Made by a program: the position numbers and the translations under genes. From NCBI GenBank assembly GCA_905178155.1, contig CAJINV010000003.1, positions 3,715,600-3,779,599 of the forward strand: a DNA stretch of 64,000 nucleotides. The letters are read 5' to 3'. The notes beneath the pieces were generated by a model. It saw nothing but the letters and a program-made list of their open reading frames with translations, searched no databases and was not told the origin of the DNA. Below, in pieces: positions 10,901 through 22,918 of the stretch; within the stretch, counting starts at the first letter, position 1; each line of letters begins with the position of its first letter. The stretch comes from Amoebophrya sp. A120 (lineage: Eukaryota; Protista; Dinoflagellata).

Positions 10901-13674
10901 TGCGAGTTCCGCACCACGGTGCCGTTTATTTGCTTGTCCAGCTGGATCTGCCAAGAGTGAAACACCTTGGCCACCTCCAGGTTGACCCGAAGCGTCATCG
11001 GTATCATGAAAGATAGTAAAATCACAAACCGAAAAAACTGATAGAAAAAAACCCACAGTTTCGCCAAGTAGCTGCTATACGAGGAGGAAGCCAGCGGCGC
11101 GGGACTTACACCTTCGCTGAGTTGAGGATTCATTTCTTCAGCGGTAGAAGGAACTGTTGTCGTCTCCCCCGCTGCGCCACGGAAAACTTTATTCTCATCA
11201 GTCTCTGTTTGGTCTGGGCGTAGTACCGCCGAAGCAGCGCCCACCGGCGGTGGCTGCAGCGGCCAGTTGGCAACAGCGTCGATCGCCGCTTGCTTCTTTC
11301 TGCGCAAGCGATCCCAGAGTTCGCCCAGGGCTGGGTCATGTTCGATCGGCGATCCGCCCTCCCCGAGGTGCAGCGCTGCCGCGAAGGTGGTGGCTCTACT
11401 TCCTGGGATATAATCACCGACCCCTGTAGTCGTGGGGCCATGATGTCCAGCAACATCTGCAGACGTCGTAGTAGGCGCATTCCCTGCACTACCAGTGCCT
11501 CTACTGCTGGCCGAAGGTGTTGTGAAAAAATTCCGTTGAGGCTGCACCGTCACTGTACTAGCGCTGCTCACTTCGCCATGCGCAGTGCTGGGCACCAGAA
11601 CTTGTTCGCCGGAGGACGCGCCAGATGGAGCGAACAGCGATCCAGTTTCGAAGGCCCAGGAGCGTAAAGCGTTTGGGTGGAGTGACAGTGTGGCGAGGAC
11701 AATAGCCAGCAGGCACATTAACACGCCGCAGTAGAAGGTCCACTGGTCGGCCACGTCATCCACGTACCCGGTCCGGTGCTTGCCCTTTGTGAGGTTGAGG
11801 GAAACCCGGGTTTCCCTACCCACGTAAATGACAAAAGCAATCACATCCCCCTCGGTTACAACGGTGTCACGCCACAACGTGTTCTCCAGACTGAGCCCTT
11901 CCTGCTGCACCGCGGTAGAAGACTGAAGATCTTCGATCGACGCCACGACACCAAACGTAGTAATTTCAGGACCTCTCGCTGCAGTGGTCCTTGTCCTGCT
12001 TTGAGCAGCCACATAATCAGAGGCACTGGCAGCTGCGCCGTGGTCGACCCGATTTCTTTCTTGTCCTCGATTTAGATTTTTAGTGGCAGAGTCCAGGCTG
12101 AATCGTCCTTGAAAGTTGTAGATGTCTTTGTGCGGATTTTCGACACGGAGGACCGCCCGCAGGCGATACAGAAGCTCCGCTAGGTCCTCTACTTCATCCA
12201 CCTCCTCGGGAATAGTAGTTGATGTCCTCGGACAATTGTTCCATATTCGCTCCTGCCTCCTGCTGCAGGAATGAATCGTCCCAGCATCTAAATTGCTTCT
12301 CCCCTCCAGATGCTCATCCACCAAACGCTGCACAAGCTGGACTGGCTTGCGCAGTTTCCAGTCCGTTTCCCCGTCCAGCTGGTCCGTTCGCACGTAGGTT
12401 TGCTTCGACTCCGAACTTGTGTGGAGGAAGATGCAATCTGCAGGAACCCGCTGATTGCTCTTCAGCACTATCAGGTCCCCGACCTTCAGGTCCTGCGCAT
12501 ACACGTCCTTCAGACGCAAGCTGCTGGATGAGGAAGCGGAGGACCGCAGAGATGCTCCGGCACGACTAGGGGAGCAAGCTAGCACGGCCGCCCCAGTTGT
12601 CGTGTCTGCACGACTCGGTGCATTGTGCGCCAGATCGTGGTGCTGCTGTGTACTTCTACTACAATGCAGCTCGCGAAGCTCAGGTCGTGTTCGTGTACCA
12701 GCGGAATAGTTCAAAGACCCATCCTTTGTTTCGTCTTCCGGCTGCACATCCTTGTCCCCCAGCACACGTCGCGGACGACAACTCGACGTGACCGAAACCG
12801 AAGATGAAGCAGCACTACCGACGACATCCTGAGCCGCGGTTGCCGTTCCATTTTGACAAATCTCGGAGTACTTGGAGAGGTTAATTTCGAAGTCTTTCGC
12901 TCTTCTCTTCCAGTCGTCTACAAATTCTTTCAGCAGGGTGATGGAGAGCGTGATTGCAAGCGGCAGAATGTAGGTATACACCGGCCCCACGGCAATGGGA
13001 GGGTAAAGCTGCGACAGCGCGAGCACCAGGTAAAAGGCGTTCAGGAACTGCCGAAATTGTTGGTACAGCACAATGCACAAAAAGTTCCACCATGAGTACT
13101 TCCGCGACCGCTGCTCGTTGCTGCACTCAGGAATGAAGGCGTGGTAGTGGAAAAAACTACCATGCGGCGACCCACCTCGATCCACCTCGACTGCCGCCCG
13201 TTGCGGTGCGCCCACAAGGGCAGCTCGTGCGGCGGGACGAAAATTATTGTGCCCGGCCATGGGTGGCTGCTCCAGCATCCTCTGCGTTTCCGCTGCTGCC
13301 GAACCAGGCTGCTGATGCCCATTGGTACTATCATTTATTTCCCGCTGATGGTGTCCCCTCACCGAGTGTTGCCGTGAAGAAGCGGCGCCTGTGATCGCGT
13401 TTGCGCTTCGTTTGCGATGAAACTCACCTAGCACTCGCCGGTCGGCATAGCTCCTTCGGGTCGCGAGTTCGCTCCGCAGCCTTGGAAACGCCAACAACCG
13501 GTGCCCCGTGCTGGTTTGCTGATTTGGCCAGCAACACGTGAAGGTCACCTCAGAGGGGAAATCCTCGAAGTCAGAGGCCGCTCCCCCTCCCAGATCCGGC
13601 GAGAAATGGTCCATAGGCGGCGTCGGCTGCGAGACTAAAGGCATCCGTTGCAATTCGATCGAAACCTTTCGCAT
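7975..13674 (-). CDS. P4-type ATPase phospholipid flippase, ATP9/NEO1-like
   Basis: 1899-aa ORF with DQLDGETDWKLR, phosphorylation motif DKTGTLT, ASPDEIALV, FTSETKRMGI, MLTGDKVETA, CCRCSPTQKA, GDGGNDVSMI and C-terminal TM helices. The true start may be a downstream ATG. Confidence 0.95.
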   Translation of the reverse strand: MRKVSIELQRMPLVSQPTPPMDHFSPDLGGGAASDFEDFPSEVTFTCCWPNQQTSTGHRLLAFPRLRSELATRRSYADRRVLGEFHRKRSANAITGAASSRQHSVRGHHQREINDSTNGHQQPGSAAAETQRMLEQPPMAGHNNFRPAARAALVGAPQRAAVEVDRGGSPHGSFFHYHAFIPECSNEQRSRKYSWWNFLCIVLYQQFRQFLNAFYLVLALSQLYPPIAVGPVYTYILPLAITLSITLLKEFVDDWKRRAKDFEINLSKYSEICQNGTATAAQDVVGSAASSSVSVTSSCRPRRVLGDKDVQPEDETKDGSLNYSAGTRTRPELRELHCSRSTQQHHDLAHNAPSRADTTTGAAVLACSPSRAGASLRSSASSSSSLRLKDVYAQDLKVGDLIVLKSNQRVPADCIFLHTSSESKQTYVRTDQLDGETDWKLRKPVQLVQRLVDEHLEGRSNLDAGTIHSCSRRQERIWNNCPRTSTTIPEEVDEVEDLAELLYRLRAVLRVENPHKDIYNFQGRFSLDSATKNLNRGQERNRVDHGAAASASDYVAAQSRTRTTAARGPEITTFGVVASIEDLQSSTAVQQEGLSLENTLWRDTVVTEGDVIAFVIYVGRETRVSLNLTKGKHRTGYVDDVADQWTFYCGVLMCLLAIVLATLSLHPNALRSWAFETGSLFAPSGASSGEQVLVPSTAHGEVSSASTVTVQPQRNFFTTPSASSRGTGSAGNAPTTTSADVAGHHGPTTTGVGDYIPGSRATTFAAALHLGEGGSPIEHDPALGELWDRLRRKKQAAIDAVANWPLQPPPVGAASAVLRPDQTETDENKVFRGAAGETTTVPSTAEEMNPQLSEGVSPAPLASSSYSSYLAKLWVFFYQFFRFVILLSFMIPMTLRVNLEVAKVFHSWQIQLDKQINGTVVRNSQRPEELGVIDYVLSDKTGTLTRNEMIFQKLRTSVGEFTTRQRPEDLARIREAVRNCVLLEQQQENNSKENVGYQEATGTISRGFFEGDEDKDPISRVGGPAKNVMLEESHVNHNCERNYPQIEAPLLGERDDGQNTARRRTARHDPASAGDHDQHENFHQLWTTGKEIVQQAQQLPRGSGALEELVSLQELHQDAQEAGGRGLFDSSSTIAPVAPPPHQNVDARTDESIFDAIRCLALCHNVTPHGSGSSWDLQGASPDEIALVKFANSSGLKLTQRTDYQIEVTLTGSGDVLRYKILECFPFTSETKRMGILVQRESCSVGNNSFAGPSQNKPEQEHGSQTNDNKRNSSCSMEPGSSADVKMATAADSPSSTEQGPVMFYLKGADNVMSDFLKRKHQSSWLQEEVENYARTGLRTLVLAKKLLSFNEYSEWKKKYDTAKNAMRSREEKIRRAVDVLEQNLDLVALTGVEDMLTEDVQETLEAVRHAGIKIWMLTGDKVETAICIAISTSLKARHQNLFVLENKFVETKEVMMKLAEYAELKVSNTVLVIDGKVLTVLLKPENVKTFITTAKQAPAIVCCRCSPTQKADIVLALEKYGSGGGGGSGATGGGGAGGGRSSRNKSSGRGSGSGSRGGGVHHGSSSSSSGPRGPPEGTRGNHASRTYGGGGRASSISSCCQCRNSKNRATSSSSSGIPCRTLAIGDGGNDVSMIQAAHVGVGIRGKEGQQASLAADYSVENFKVLRRLLLVHGRLNFQRSVRLSILIIHRGLVFSFLQALFSALFYFVSVPLFQGVLYVGYASVYTMFLLFSVVFDTELPETTVLLYPELYSGLREEQRMSVKIFLLWVAAAVFNAAVIILLALRFFEEEMINIVSIVFTACFLLECLFVICEVSVWHPLILIGELVSLLLVLYTMISTPQFFRLDFILRPEFFLLVAGIIFVAWFPIYLIRRLVRYWQPSQHRKLVSAYNGYEDHHV

Positions 13675-13996
13675 CCGAGCAAAAACATAATCTTATCTCT
13701 CAAAATATGAAACGCATGGTGGTCGTGTGATGTAGTGAAATCAAGCGAGAAAAGCGACGCACCTGAGTCAGCCCTATACGTAGCAGCGCAAAGAAACAGT
13801 GTGGACGAAAGAAAACTTCACGTATCGTCAGAATAAATTCCTACTGCTCGTCGTCTTCGCGTGAAACAAGGCAGGGGGAACCACGCTCTTGAAGTGGATC
13901 TCTCCGCCGTTGCCAGCACAAGCAGCAGGACCAAGAAGATCTAGATCACGTTCAAGAGTATAAGCTTGCGAAGAAGAGGTGCATGTGACTACTTAT

Positions 13997-14056
13997 CAAT
14001 CTTGCTTGTGACTACATGCTTGATCCCAATCTTGCTTGTGACTACATGCTTGATCC
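13997..14056. repeat. 30-bp tandem duplication (2 full copies plus a partial upstream copy)
   Basis: CAATCTTGCTTGTGACTACATGCTTGATCC at 13997-14026 and 14027-14056. Confidence 0.85.
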
Positions 14057-14503
14057 TCGCATTTACGCTGCAGCTTCACGACAGATCCTGTGTTCGAACC
14101 GAAGACAATGAGCCCCCAGATCCACTACAGAGAAAATACACGCTCGCACGTGAACTGGAGCTTTTCATCGCAGGAGAGATCCTTCTCTTTCATGAAGCAG
14201 TCTACTTCGACGAAACAACTTTTCTTGCAACCAAAGTCGGCAAAGGCGCAAGGATCTACTTCGCCGCATAGGGGAACACCAAGAGGACTATGCAGTGGCA
14301 ACGGTGATTTCCACGTCCATGAAGAAAATTCGAAATGTGATTGATATATTTAGGAGCGGCTATTGCTGTTCTAGTTCGTGTCTGATGTTGTGCGCCAAAC
14401 TGTATAAGCGGATGCTTTTCCTTTCGTTGACCGCGTTCGCCCGGAACGCTGTATGACGCCGTCACTACCTAGACGCAGGCAAGTGCACAGCTCTCTCCCC
14501 GAC

Positions 14504-15910
14504 CTACGGGCTAAGTTCGTCGCCTTCGTCCCCTAGGCGGTCCAGAATCGACACCGCCCGTTGCGCATCGGCGAACGAGAGACACCGCTGGTCGTCCGTT
14601 CGAATAAAGTTGCCGCGCATCTTGGCCCGTACCTGGTCGGCCGGCGGGGGCGGAGAATCGTCCGCGACGCTCAAGTCGATGTCGTCCAGGGCTACCCAGT
14701 GCTCCACGTGGGGGTGATCCCGCAAATACTCACCGATTTCGCGCGCTCTCCGGTCCGCAAAACTCCGCACCGGGTCACCTGTGCCAAGAGCCCGTTCCAG
14801 CACGGTCGTGGTCTGTTCCTTAATGCCGTCGGGGGAAACCCTCTGCAGTTTCAGCACGCGGTCCAGATCCTCGCGCAATGACGGATGCCGACGCCTTTTT
14901 GGGATGAAGATGAACGTGTTGCAAATGACCAACGGAAAAAAAAATGATTGCCTTAAAAACAAGCTGAGACTGCGGCACCGAAAATGAAATTTAGATTTGT
15001 ATTTTTTGCTGTTGAAAATTAAAGCAAGCTGTTTCAGTAATTGCGAAGAATGAATGACGCGAAGATGTTCTTGGAATAGACGACATAAGTACCATTCACT
15101 GCTTAACACAAGCACCGCGCCTGTTTTTTCTCGTATGTATCGGAGTGCTGACAATGATCCGCTCTTGAACTCGAAGTCTCCTCCGGAAAGCGGAATCTGG
15201 ATGCCGTCCACCGTTACACAATTTACGCCGAACGTTCTGCGGACAGGCCTCAAAACTCCATCAACATCTAGAAAAATCACCTGTATGATATATTGAACTC
15301 ATTCGCGGCCACTCACTAGTCGAATACGAATTGCGTACGAAATCTTGAAGCACGAGCACCATAGCAGCAAAAAACTAAAGGGTGAGGTTCTTCTGGTCTG
15401 CATTATGCATGATCGAGCTAGTTGTACCTTGGACGGTTGGTCTATCCTCTTCATTTCACCCGATGCGTACCAGTTCTTTTCGCGCATGTACGTGTTGCAT
15501 TTTTCGTCCTTCTCCGGGTCTGGTGGCGGCAAAAGATCATACAAGGAACTACCACTACTCGTTGTTGGCGTCATGTCTCGACTTGCGGCTGCTGCGATGC
15601 TGCTACTGCTCGCGGCCGACGCTGTTGTTTTCATCTTCGATATGGAACTACTGCTGACACCAGCATCCTCCAACCGCTGCGAAGGCACTACTTCCTCGTG
15701 TTCTTGCGGAAGACCACCACCGGCGATGCTTTTTGGCCCCGCTGTGGGGGCGATTGGCCAGGAAGCAGATCCGGTCGTGCTTCCTGTGGACGTGGACGAG
15801 CGCGAACTCCCATTGGCTGGCTCCAACTTGGGATTCTTTGCTCCTTCCTCGCCGCCGCTGCCACTGGCCGGCCGCTTCAGGTTCAGCCGCGGCGCCAGAA
15901 GCCCTGATGA
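14504..15910 (-). CDS. HAD-superfamily protein (Swiss Army Knife RNA-repair-like HAD domain) with low-complexity N-terminus; 5' end unresolved
   Basis: Motifs IFLDVDGVL, LVLSSEW/RR, REIGEYL and WVALDD. GT-AG introns at ~14901-15091 and ~15282-15427 join ORFs 15299..15826 and 14504..15280. Confidence 0.8.
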
Positions 15911-18900
15911 GGAGATTTTTAGCTTAGTAATGTGGTATAATGATTCGGATTTATCATGTCAGAAAAGAAACAGTACTAGAAAAATGTATTTGTAGACCAC
16001 AACATGAGTTCTTAAAATAAAAGGCTACAACTACATGAGCTCTTGACACAATCTGTTGCGCATGGATGTTGGGAGCAGGTGGAATATTGTTCATCTAGCG
16101 ACTTACTCAATTTGAGGGCGGTGGAGCTGGTTTTCGCAGACATTGCGAAACAGAAATTCCCGTCGTAGTTTGCAGATTCACTTTCCAGCTGCCCAAAAAA
16201 CCTCGTTCACGTTCTCCAGGAACTTTGTCTCGCTGCTCGTCTTGCTGGTGTTACAACCAGTGGTGCCAATGGTGATAGTTGAGTTCTTGCGGTCCAAGTC
16301 AGTCGCGTTAGTGACGTGGGAGAAAAAGCAACACCTGTTGCGCAAGGTTGTGCTAGTACGAGTTGTTGTCGCGCTTCTTCGTTTTTGATTCGGTAGCAGC
16401 AGCCAACGATTCCCAGGGACAACGGCTCTGTTTCTTCGATTTAAATAAATGATGTGTATAATATATCACGACACGGCCAGCAGCACACAAGAACCACTGG
16501 GCCTACAGACAAACAGTTTTTTCAGGAGGACAAACAGGTACCCTGCAAATAAGTAACCAGATGAAACTGTTCTGCAGAAGTGCCGCAATAGAAGAGTTCG
16601 TGGTCTCAACAAGCGGTCAAACTTCGAGAGGAAAATGAGCTAAAATGCGGCGGTTTTTTCGATGCGTCGATCACAAAAACAAAAAACTCCTACACTGCTT
16701 GAAGTCGCGCTTTTCAATCGATTGGGGCGAGTTTCGATTTTGTGGTTTTAAAACAAGTGGTCGTACACAACGGATACGATGCTCTGTTCATCCGTAAGTC
16801 TTCACGCTACAAAGTTGAACCTTTTTCTGGTTCCCGTCCATACTAAAACTAGTACAACCTCTTCACGCGACCGGTATCTTCTACTGTAGCAGACTTTTTG
16901 TATACTCCTTTGGTGTTTCAGTTATTTTGTGTCGATATAATAAGCTAGAGGACCCCGAAGATGAACCAGTGGCTTTGGAATTAGAGCTTCTAGCGCGGAC
17001 TCAGACGAGTCTCGACGAGCAAGCGCCAGAGATCTGATGCAAACATAAGTAATCTCTTGACTTTCTCTGCAAACCGTTGCTTCGAATGCGGAACTTCGAT
17101 ATTTCTATTTCATTGCAAGGCTGCGTTCTACAGACCGAGGCCGAGGCCTTCAGCGGTACTGGCGACAATAAAGGCATTCTTATCTTCCTCTGGTCAGTGC
17201 TCATGCAACATCGCGGTGCGACAGAGGCAGAGTTTCGAAGTAGAAGTGAAACATTTAATATTTACACCATCTAATACAACCAAGTATCTAGATTTGGGTC
17301 ACTCCTCCATTGTCAAGGATCAGTATGAGGCTCGAGATTGTGACATGCTTGATAAGGTTCACTGCGAAGGGTTGTGAGAATTGAAACGCGATTGTTTGAA
17401 TACTTATCTCGTGTTGGCAAATATGTGCACGGTTTCCCACTGACGCGCTGCTCGATAGGACTGCAATGTCTCTTACAGACGCGCACTGCAAATATATCTT
17501 GCCGCATGATTTTGTTTCTTGTAATGCATTCTGCAAAGCCAGTGCGCTTTGGTACTTACTATGCCACTTGCATGCCGGGATTGCAGCTATGCGCTACTTC
17601 GTACCAGTGAAATAACCGCATCTACGTACAGAGTGACCGATGTTGAACGACGAGTTGTCTCTACAAATCTAGCGCACGAGGACCGTGCAATTTCTTGTCT
17701 CAACGATTGCACTTAGTGCAGCAAACGAAACGACTTTATTTTACGTGCTGATGTCTGCTACTCTGAGACTGAGTGTATTTCCTATCGTCCCGATTCAAAA
17801 ACAAAAACGACTGCAGTATCCTGCATAATTTTCTCAGTGAACGACCGATTTTTCGCTGGCAATAAACGCTTTCTCTGACAGAAATCCATCCGGAAGTTGT
17901 ACGAGGTAACGACGTTTATTTAGCACTAGTTCCACGATGTCGCTTTACTTCTTTTGCGCTACAGCTTCGTAACGACTGCTGTCGACTCGGTTCTGTTCTG
18001 CTATGCGATAAGTCAAAAAAAAAGAGGCACATCTACGTACGAGCGCTGCACTATGGGCAAAAAAACGGCCTTGCAGCCACCGAGCCCGACGTGGAATATG
18101 ATCATGATGTTGCAAGAAAATCAAGAAAACTGAACATACTTATCACAGCAAAATTTCACCGTTTTCTTCGTTTTCGTCCGTGCTAGCGCTATGTCACACT
18201 ATGAATATGCTTTCGATCAATAATTGTCGTTCTGGGGACCTCGATCTGCTTGCATGCAGCAAAAATCTAATGAGTCACCCCGTACAAAACCGATGACGGA
18301 AGGCAAATTGAATGGCGTGCCTTCTTGCCGACACGAACCGACACTTGAAATAAGCAACACAAAGCGCCGCACAACCGAAATAATTTCCTTACCAGAACAT
18401 TCATAGGCAGATTCCCAGCACCAGGTAATCGAAGGATACAACTACTTCTCAACACTCAGTGTAGGTGTGGCCTTCTTTTTTTGTCCATTTTTTCGAGCGT
18501 CTTTGGCTGCTAGGATGAGTTTGAAAAAAGCACGATGTCCACATTTTTAGTTCACTTTATTGGAATTATCTGTACGCGAGGTTCTCATCTGCACCGGACC
18601 ATACTGCGATGAAAAAAAATATATTTGTGGTACTGGAATTTGTAAATAGCCTTATCAGACAGAGGAAGAGGAAGATGACAGGTTCAGAATGGTGAGTGAT
18701 GCGAAGAACAGAAAAGTAGGGACTCGTAAGCAGTTCGGTGTACGCGAGACAGCATCACCTTGCTGTCCGAAAAACGCAAATAGTCTTCAAGTGTCATTTT
18801 TACTCCCTTTCTTGTCTTGCGTCTTCGTGTCATCTGCGGGATCGGCAACTGCGTTTGCAGCACAGTCGGTTATTTGGCGATGGTGTGTTTCGAGCTGCTA

Positions 18901-19124
18901 GCAGTGAAAAAGGTGTACAGAGGCGATGGAATCGGATGGATCACTTTTCCCAGTTCGGTGGGACCGGTGTATTATACTTCCGCATTAGCTTGATCAGCTC
19001 CTTTTTCTGGGAGACATCATTCGGAGGCGCGTGGGAAAAGAGGGTGATAGTGTACCTGTTTATAATCATTCGCGCAATTCTTTCTGATATTAAGGTCGTC
19101 GCGATAAGCACTTAATACGCGGCG

Positions 19125-22100
19125 CTAAACGATAAAGGAAAGGAATTGCATAAAGCAGCACAAAGCATAGCAATACCGCTTCCCCTTCGTGTGTGGCTCC
19201 GTCCGGTGCTTCCGGTGCGGCTTGAAGCAAATCCACTTCTCGCGGCACGGTCTCAGGATGCACTTCGCGGGTGTCCCGTCCGGTCCCCGTATGGTTTCCA
19301 CAGCGTCCCCCACCATCTGCCCCTCGGTTCCGTACAGGATGACCCTGCCCGCGTTGCAGGTCGGATGCTTCGCGTACTCCAGATCGCAGCCGTAGTCGCC
19401 GAGGCAAACCTATCCTGAAGACAAACGCACCACCCCCAAATTCGGAGAGAACTTGCCATGCTTGATTTCTGCGCACGCGAGCTAGTTTTCCCTGCAGCGG
19501 GGCGACGCAAGCGCTCAGCTTTCCCTCACTGCAGCAGCCAACTTCTTGATGGCGCGCTAATCTGCGCAATAAATGCAAACAGCACGCCACATCTCTGATT
19601 TTTTTGTAGAAACAAAAAAAAGCACTAGCACTGCCAGCGCCACTATATCTGCGCGCACAGGCAACACATACGCAAGCGCCTCCGGTTCTGGGGCGGGGCG
19701 TTTTTTCACTTCCGTAGGAACTGGAAGTTCAAAGTCTGGGGATCGTTGCCCTCGTCGGCATGCCAAGAAGTGACATTATCCAACCCGGTATCATGAGGAA
19801 AGGCCCCACCTCCCCAATCTGCTGCTGCGACCTGTGTCGCAGCGTGCATTCATGTATCTATCCAAGTCATTTTGTGCATTTATGTCGAAAGCTACTCTCC
19901 GCAGTGCAGATGTCGCTGCCGTAGCCGGCAGAGAAAAGGCAAGAGGAATCGCTATACAAGACGCATCAAAGCTATCGGGCCCCCCGATTAAGCCTACTAG
20001 ACAGAGTATGGGGAGGGAGGATTATTCTAGTTCATAGCCAAAGCCGCCCGCACTGAAGTAGATTGCTTCGCCGAGCACTCCCCTAGCGGTCGCGTCCTGC
20101 GCCAACATGCAGCACTGTCGCCACAACTCGCGGACCCACGGGCACTTCAGCTGCTCCTCAAAATCCTCCGCGGGCGTCACCTCCTGCTTGCTGCGCGCCA
20201 GCTCAGCCAGCCCTCCCTTCACGTACCCAAACCGCTTCCAATCCGCATACTGGGAGGAAACGTTCGCCCGGCTGCTCCGCGGCAGGCTTCGCTTCTTCAA
20301 ATGCGCCAGAAGTGTGGCGAAGGTTGGCGTCTCCGGCTGTTCGAAATCTACCACTTCGTAAACCGCCTCTGCGTCGGGTATCAAGGTGAAAACAAGTGCT
20401 GCCCCTACCCCCGAGAACAAAAAAAGTAGTTAGCTCTGTGCAAAAGAAATCCCGCCTTCATGTATTTGTGAACAGAAACACCGCATGACAGACAAATAAC
20501 AGACTGACTTAGAAGGCATCTCTGATAAACGCTCCTGACTGCTGATGTAATTCCCCAACTGAAAGAGCGGAATCGCAAGGATATCCAAAAAGTTTCCCAG
20601 GAGAGGGCCACACTTTTCACCTGCATACTGTACAGCGGTGCCTCTCGGGGGGCTGCCGCCCTTCTGCGCGGGAAGCGGCTGGCTGCGCCGCTGGCGGCGA
20701 CGTCGCGGGTTCTGGCGTCGTAGTGCTGCAGGACCTTGCTCTTCTGCTCCTCCGTCAGTTCGTCCCAGACCTTCTTCTTGAAGTCCGAACAGGACACATT
20801 ATTATTTGTTCCGGCCTATCCACTGCAAATATGTCTGGGTCTGGAAGATTACGAGCCTTGTTGTGCAGGTTCCTCATGACCCATGAAGTCTAGAATGCAG
20901 GACCTAGCGTGACAGGTTATCCCGCATGAGAAAGTCTCTCCGCTTGGTCGAAAGTGGGCAGCTTGTGGCAGTCATGCAACACAGATATTTCCACGGTCCA
21001 GATTTAGCACAACAAGCTGCATGCTTCCAGATCCGGACACTTTTGCACTCGATACCACGACAACCGCCTTTGTCCCGTCCTGAAAAGCACAGCTGCCTTT
21101 GGTGTAGGTTTTGAAGACTTCCATGTGCAGGTAGTACTTGTTCTCCTTAAAGTCCGTAGAGTCGCTGTCGCCCTGCTTCCCACACTGCGCCGATCCTCCC
21201 TGTCCCACCCGCGCTCGCCCTTCGTACACTTTATTTCCGAAGGAGTGCACCATGCAGATTGCGATCCCGTCGTCGTTCCCCCCGAAGTTCTTCCCGTCCT
21301 TGGAGCTCCCCTGCACGATCACGATGTCGCCCTTCTCCAGCCGAAACTCCTGCCAGAAATTCTTCGCCCGCTTCTTCTGGTGGTCCACGGAGTCCTTGTT
21401 CGCCGCGCAGAAGTGCAGCGGAGTCGGCAGCTTCTTCAGCTCCTGCAGCATGCATTCCGCCTGGTGGTCGGATATCCCGTCGCGGTCGAATTTCTTGAAC
21501 AGCACCTCGGGCAATTCGTCCAGCAGTTCGTCTGTGGAGCCATTTGGGTCCGAGATGGGGATAGGGGTCCACCCGACCGCCGATTTGACCCGCTTGCGTC
21601 CTTCGGGGTCAACAACCCAGTCCGCCACTAAAATTGGCTTGGCTGCGTCGTCCGGTGTTTTTTCCCTAAAAGCGACTTCATGACTATGACAGTGCACAAC
21701 TCCCCCTCCCCCTCAGTTGTATAGCATGAACGGCAAAACGAGCATCCGCAAGAATGCCGGTTTTGCATGACAAATTTCCACTGTTCTATTAGGGCTAGCA
21801 GAACTTGCCATTCAAACAGTGCCAAGAGGCACAGCCTGGATTTGGGATTTATAGCATGAACTGCATTACAAGCATCAGCGAGATTGCCCGTTCTGCATGA
21901 CAAATTTCCACTCGAGTGTAGTGCTATCTGGGCTACCAGAACTTGGCATGCAACCAGTGCCAAGAGGCACAGCCTGGAACTGGATTTAAGATTTTGCATA
22001 ACAAATGAGGGGGAGGGGGAGTTGTGCACTCTCGTAATGATTCTTTCGAATCATTCGCACTTTTTCCCAGTCTTCCATCTTTTGCGTAGTTGCTTTTGTC

Positions 22101-22682
22101 ATCTTCTTCTTGTTGTCGCCAGCAGCTTGCTTCTTCTTATCATCAGCCTCCTTTTCGTCGTCGCTGGTGGGCAGCAGCGTCTCTTTCTTGGCTTTCGCCT
22201 TCATCACGACCTGTGAGTATATGAGAATAGAAGTAAAAATATGGTATTGCAGCATGCACTAGTAAAGCTGCCATAACGTACGCCGCGCTCCTTTGATACG
22301 ACAGTCTCTAGTAAGTCTTACTGAACCAATGAGATCAAAGGACACGTACCTTTTTATCTTTGCCCGCCACAGCTAGTCCCGCGCTCTCAGATTTGATGAC
22401 TGAGGAAGAAGATGACGACGAATTTGAGGAGGACCCGCTGTTTTCCTTGCTGGATGAGGAGGAGGACGAGGTCGAGCTCGAGGACTCCGGTTTCTTACTA
22501 TTCGGCTTGGCATTTTTCGCTGTACTGCTTGACGAAGCAGCGGCGCTCGTCCCTTTGTTCGACGACACTGGCGCCTTAGCCGAGGCATTAGAACCTTCCA
22601 GATTATTTTCCTTCTTCCGCTTCGCCTCTCCACCGCCGGAATCGCCAACGCCGACGCGCTTTTTGTTGTCCTTCGGCGGCAT
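19125..22682 (-). CDS. Multi-exon hypothetical protein (Ser/Lys-rich N-terminus); 3' exons uncertain
   Basis: ATG at 22682 (MPPKDNKKR). In-frame joins across elements B1 (RKNH-EVAFREK) and A3 (VVV-AGTNNNVSCSDFKK). GC3-rich exons at ~20040-20405 and ~19180-19420 are probably the same gene. Confidence 0.6.
20817..21054. mobile_element. Introner family A, copy A3 (238 bp, diverged; TSD not recognisable)
   Basis: TATCCACTGCAAATATGTCTGGGTCTGGAAG ... CTTCCAGATCCGGACACTTTTGCACTCGATA. Flanking C on both sides gives a minus-strand GT-AG intron 20816-21055 that keeps the frame. Confidence 0.9.
21685..22036. mobile_element. Introner family B, copy B1 (352 bp)
   Basis: TIRs TATGACAGTGCACAACTCCCCCTCCCCCTCA / TGAGGGGGAGGGGGAGTTGTGCACTCTCGTA. 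TSD ATGAC/ATGAT (4 of 5). Confidence 0.92.
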
Positions 22683-22918
22683 CGTTCGCTCACGCCGCGT
22701 GCCGGTTGCAACGGTGAAGGTGAAGGTCGTGCAGGGGGAAAATGAGTACTCAAGTGCAGTGGCAGAGATAGAGAATGAGATGAAACACACAAAATATTCA
22801 AAGTTCAGTATCACACGTAAGTAATTTAGACCACAGAATATTAAAACACGAGTATACTTTTGATAGATAGAGATAGTCGCGTGTAGGAGCCCGAAATAAT
22901 GTAACAGTTGTTGTGAAA

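Noticed and set aside
7961-13394. Long antisense and alternate-frame ORFs over the flippase and other genes
   Set aside because: They are shadow ORFs caused by high GC3 in the true coding frame.
16400-19000. Possible gene, RNA gene or decayed element in the long intergenic stretch
   Set aside because: It has only short ORFs without coding bias. I could not identify a TIR/TSD pair or a tRNA/rRNA-like sequence by eye.
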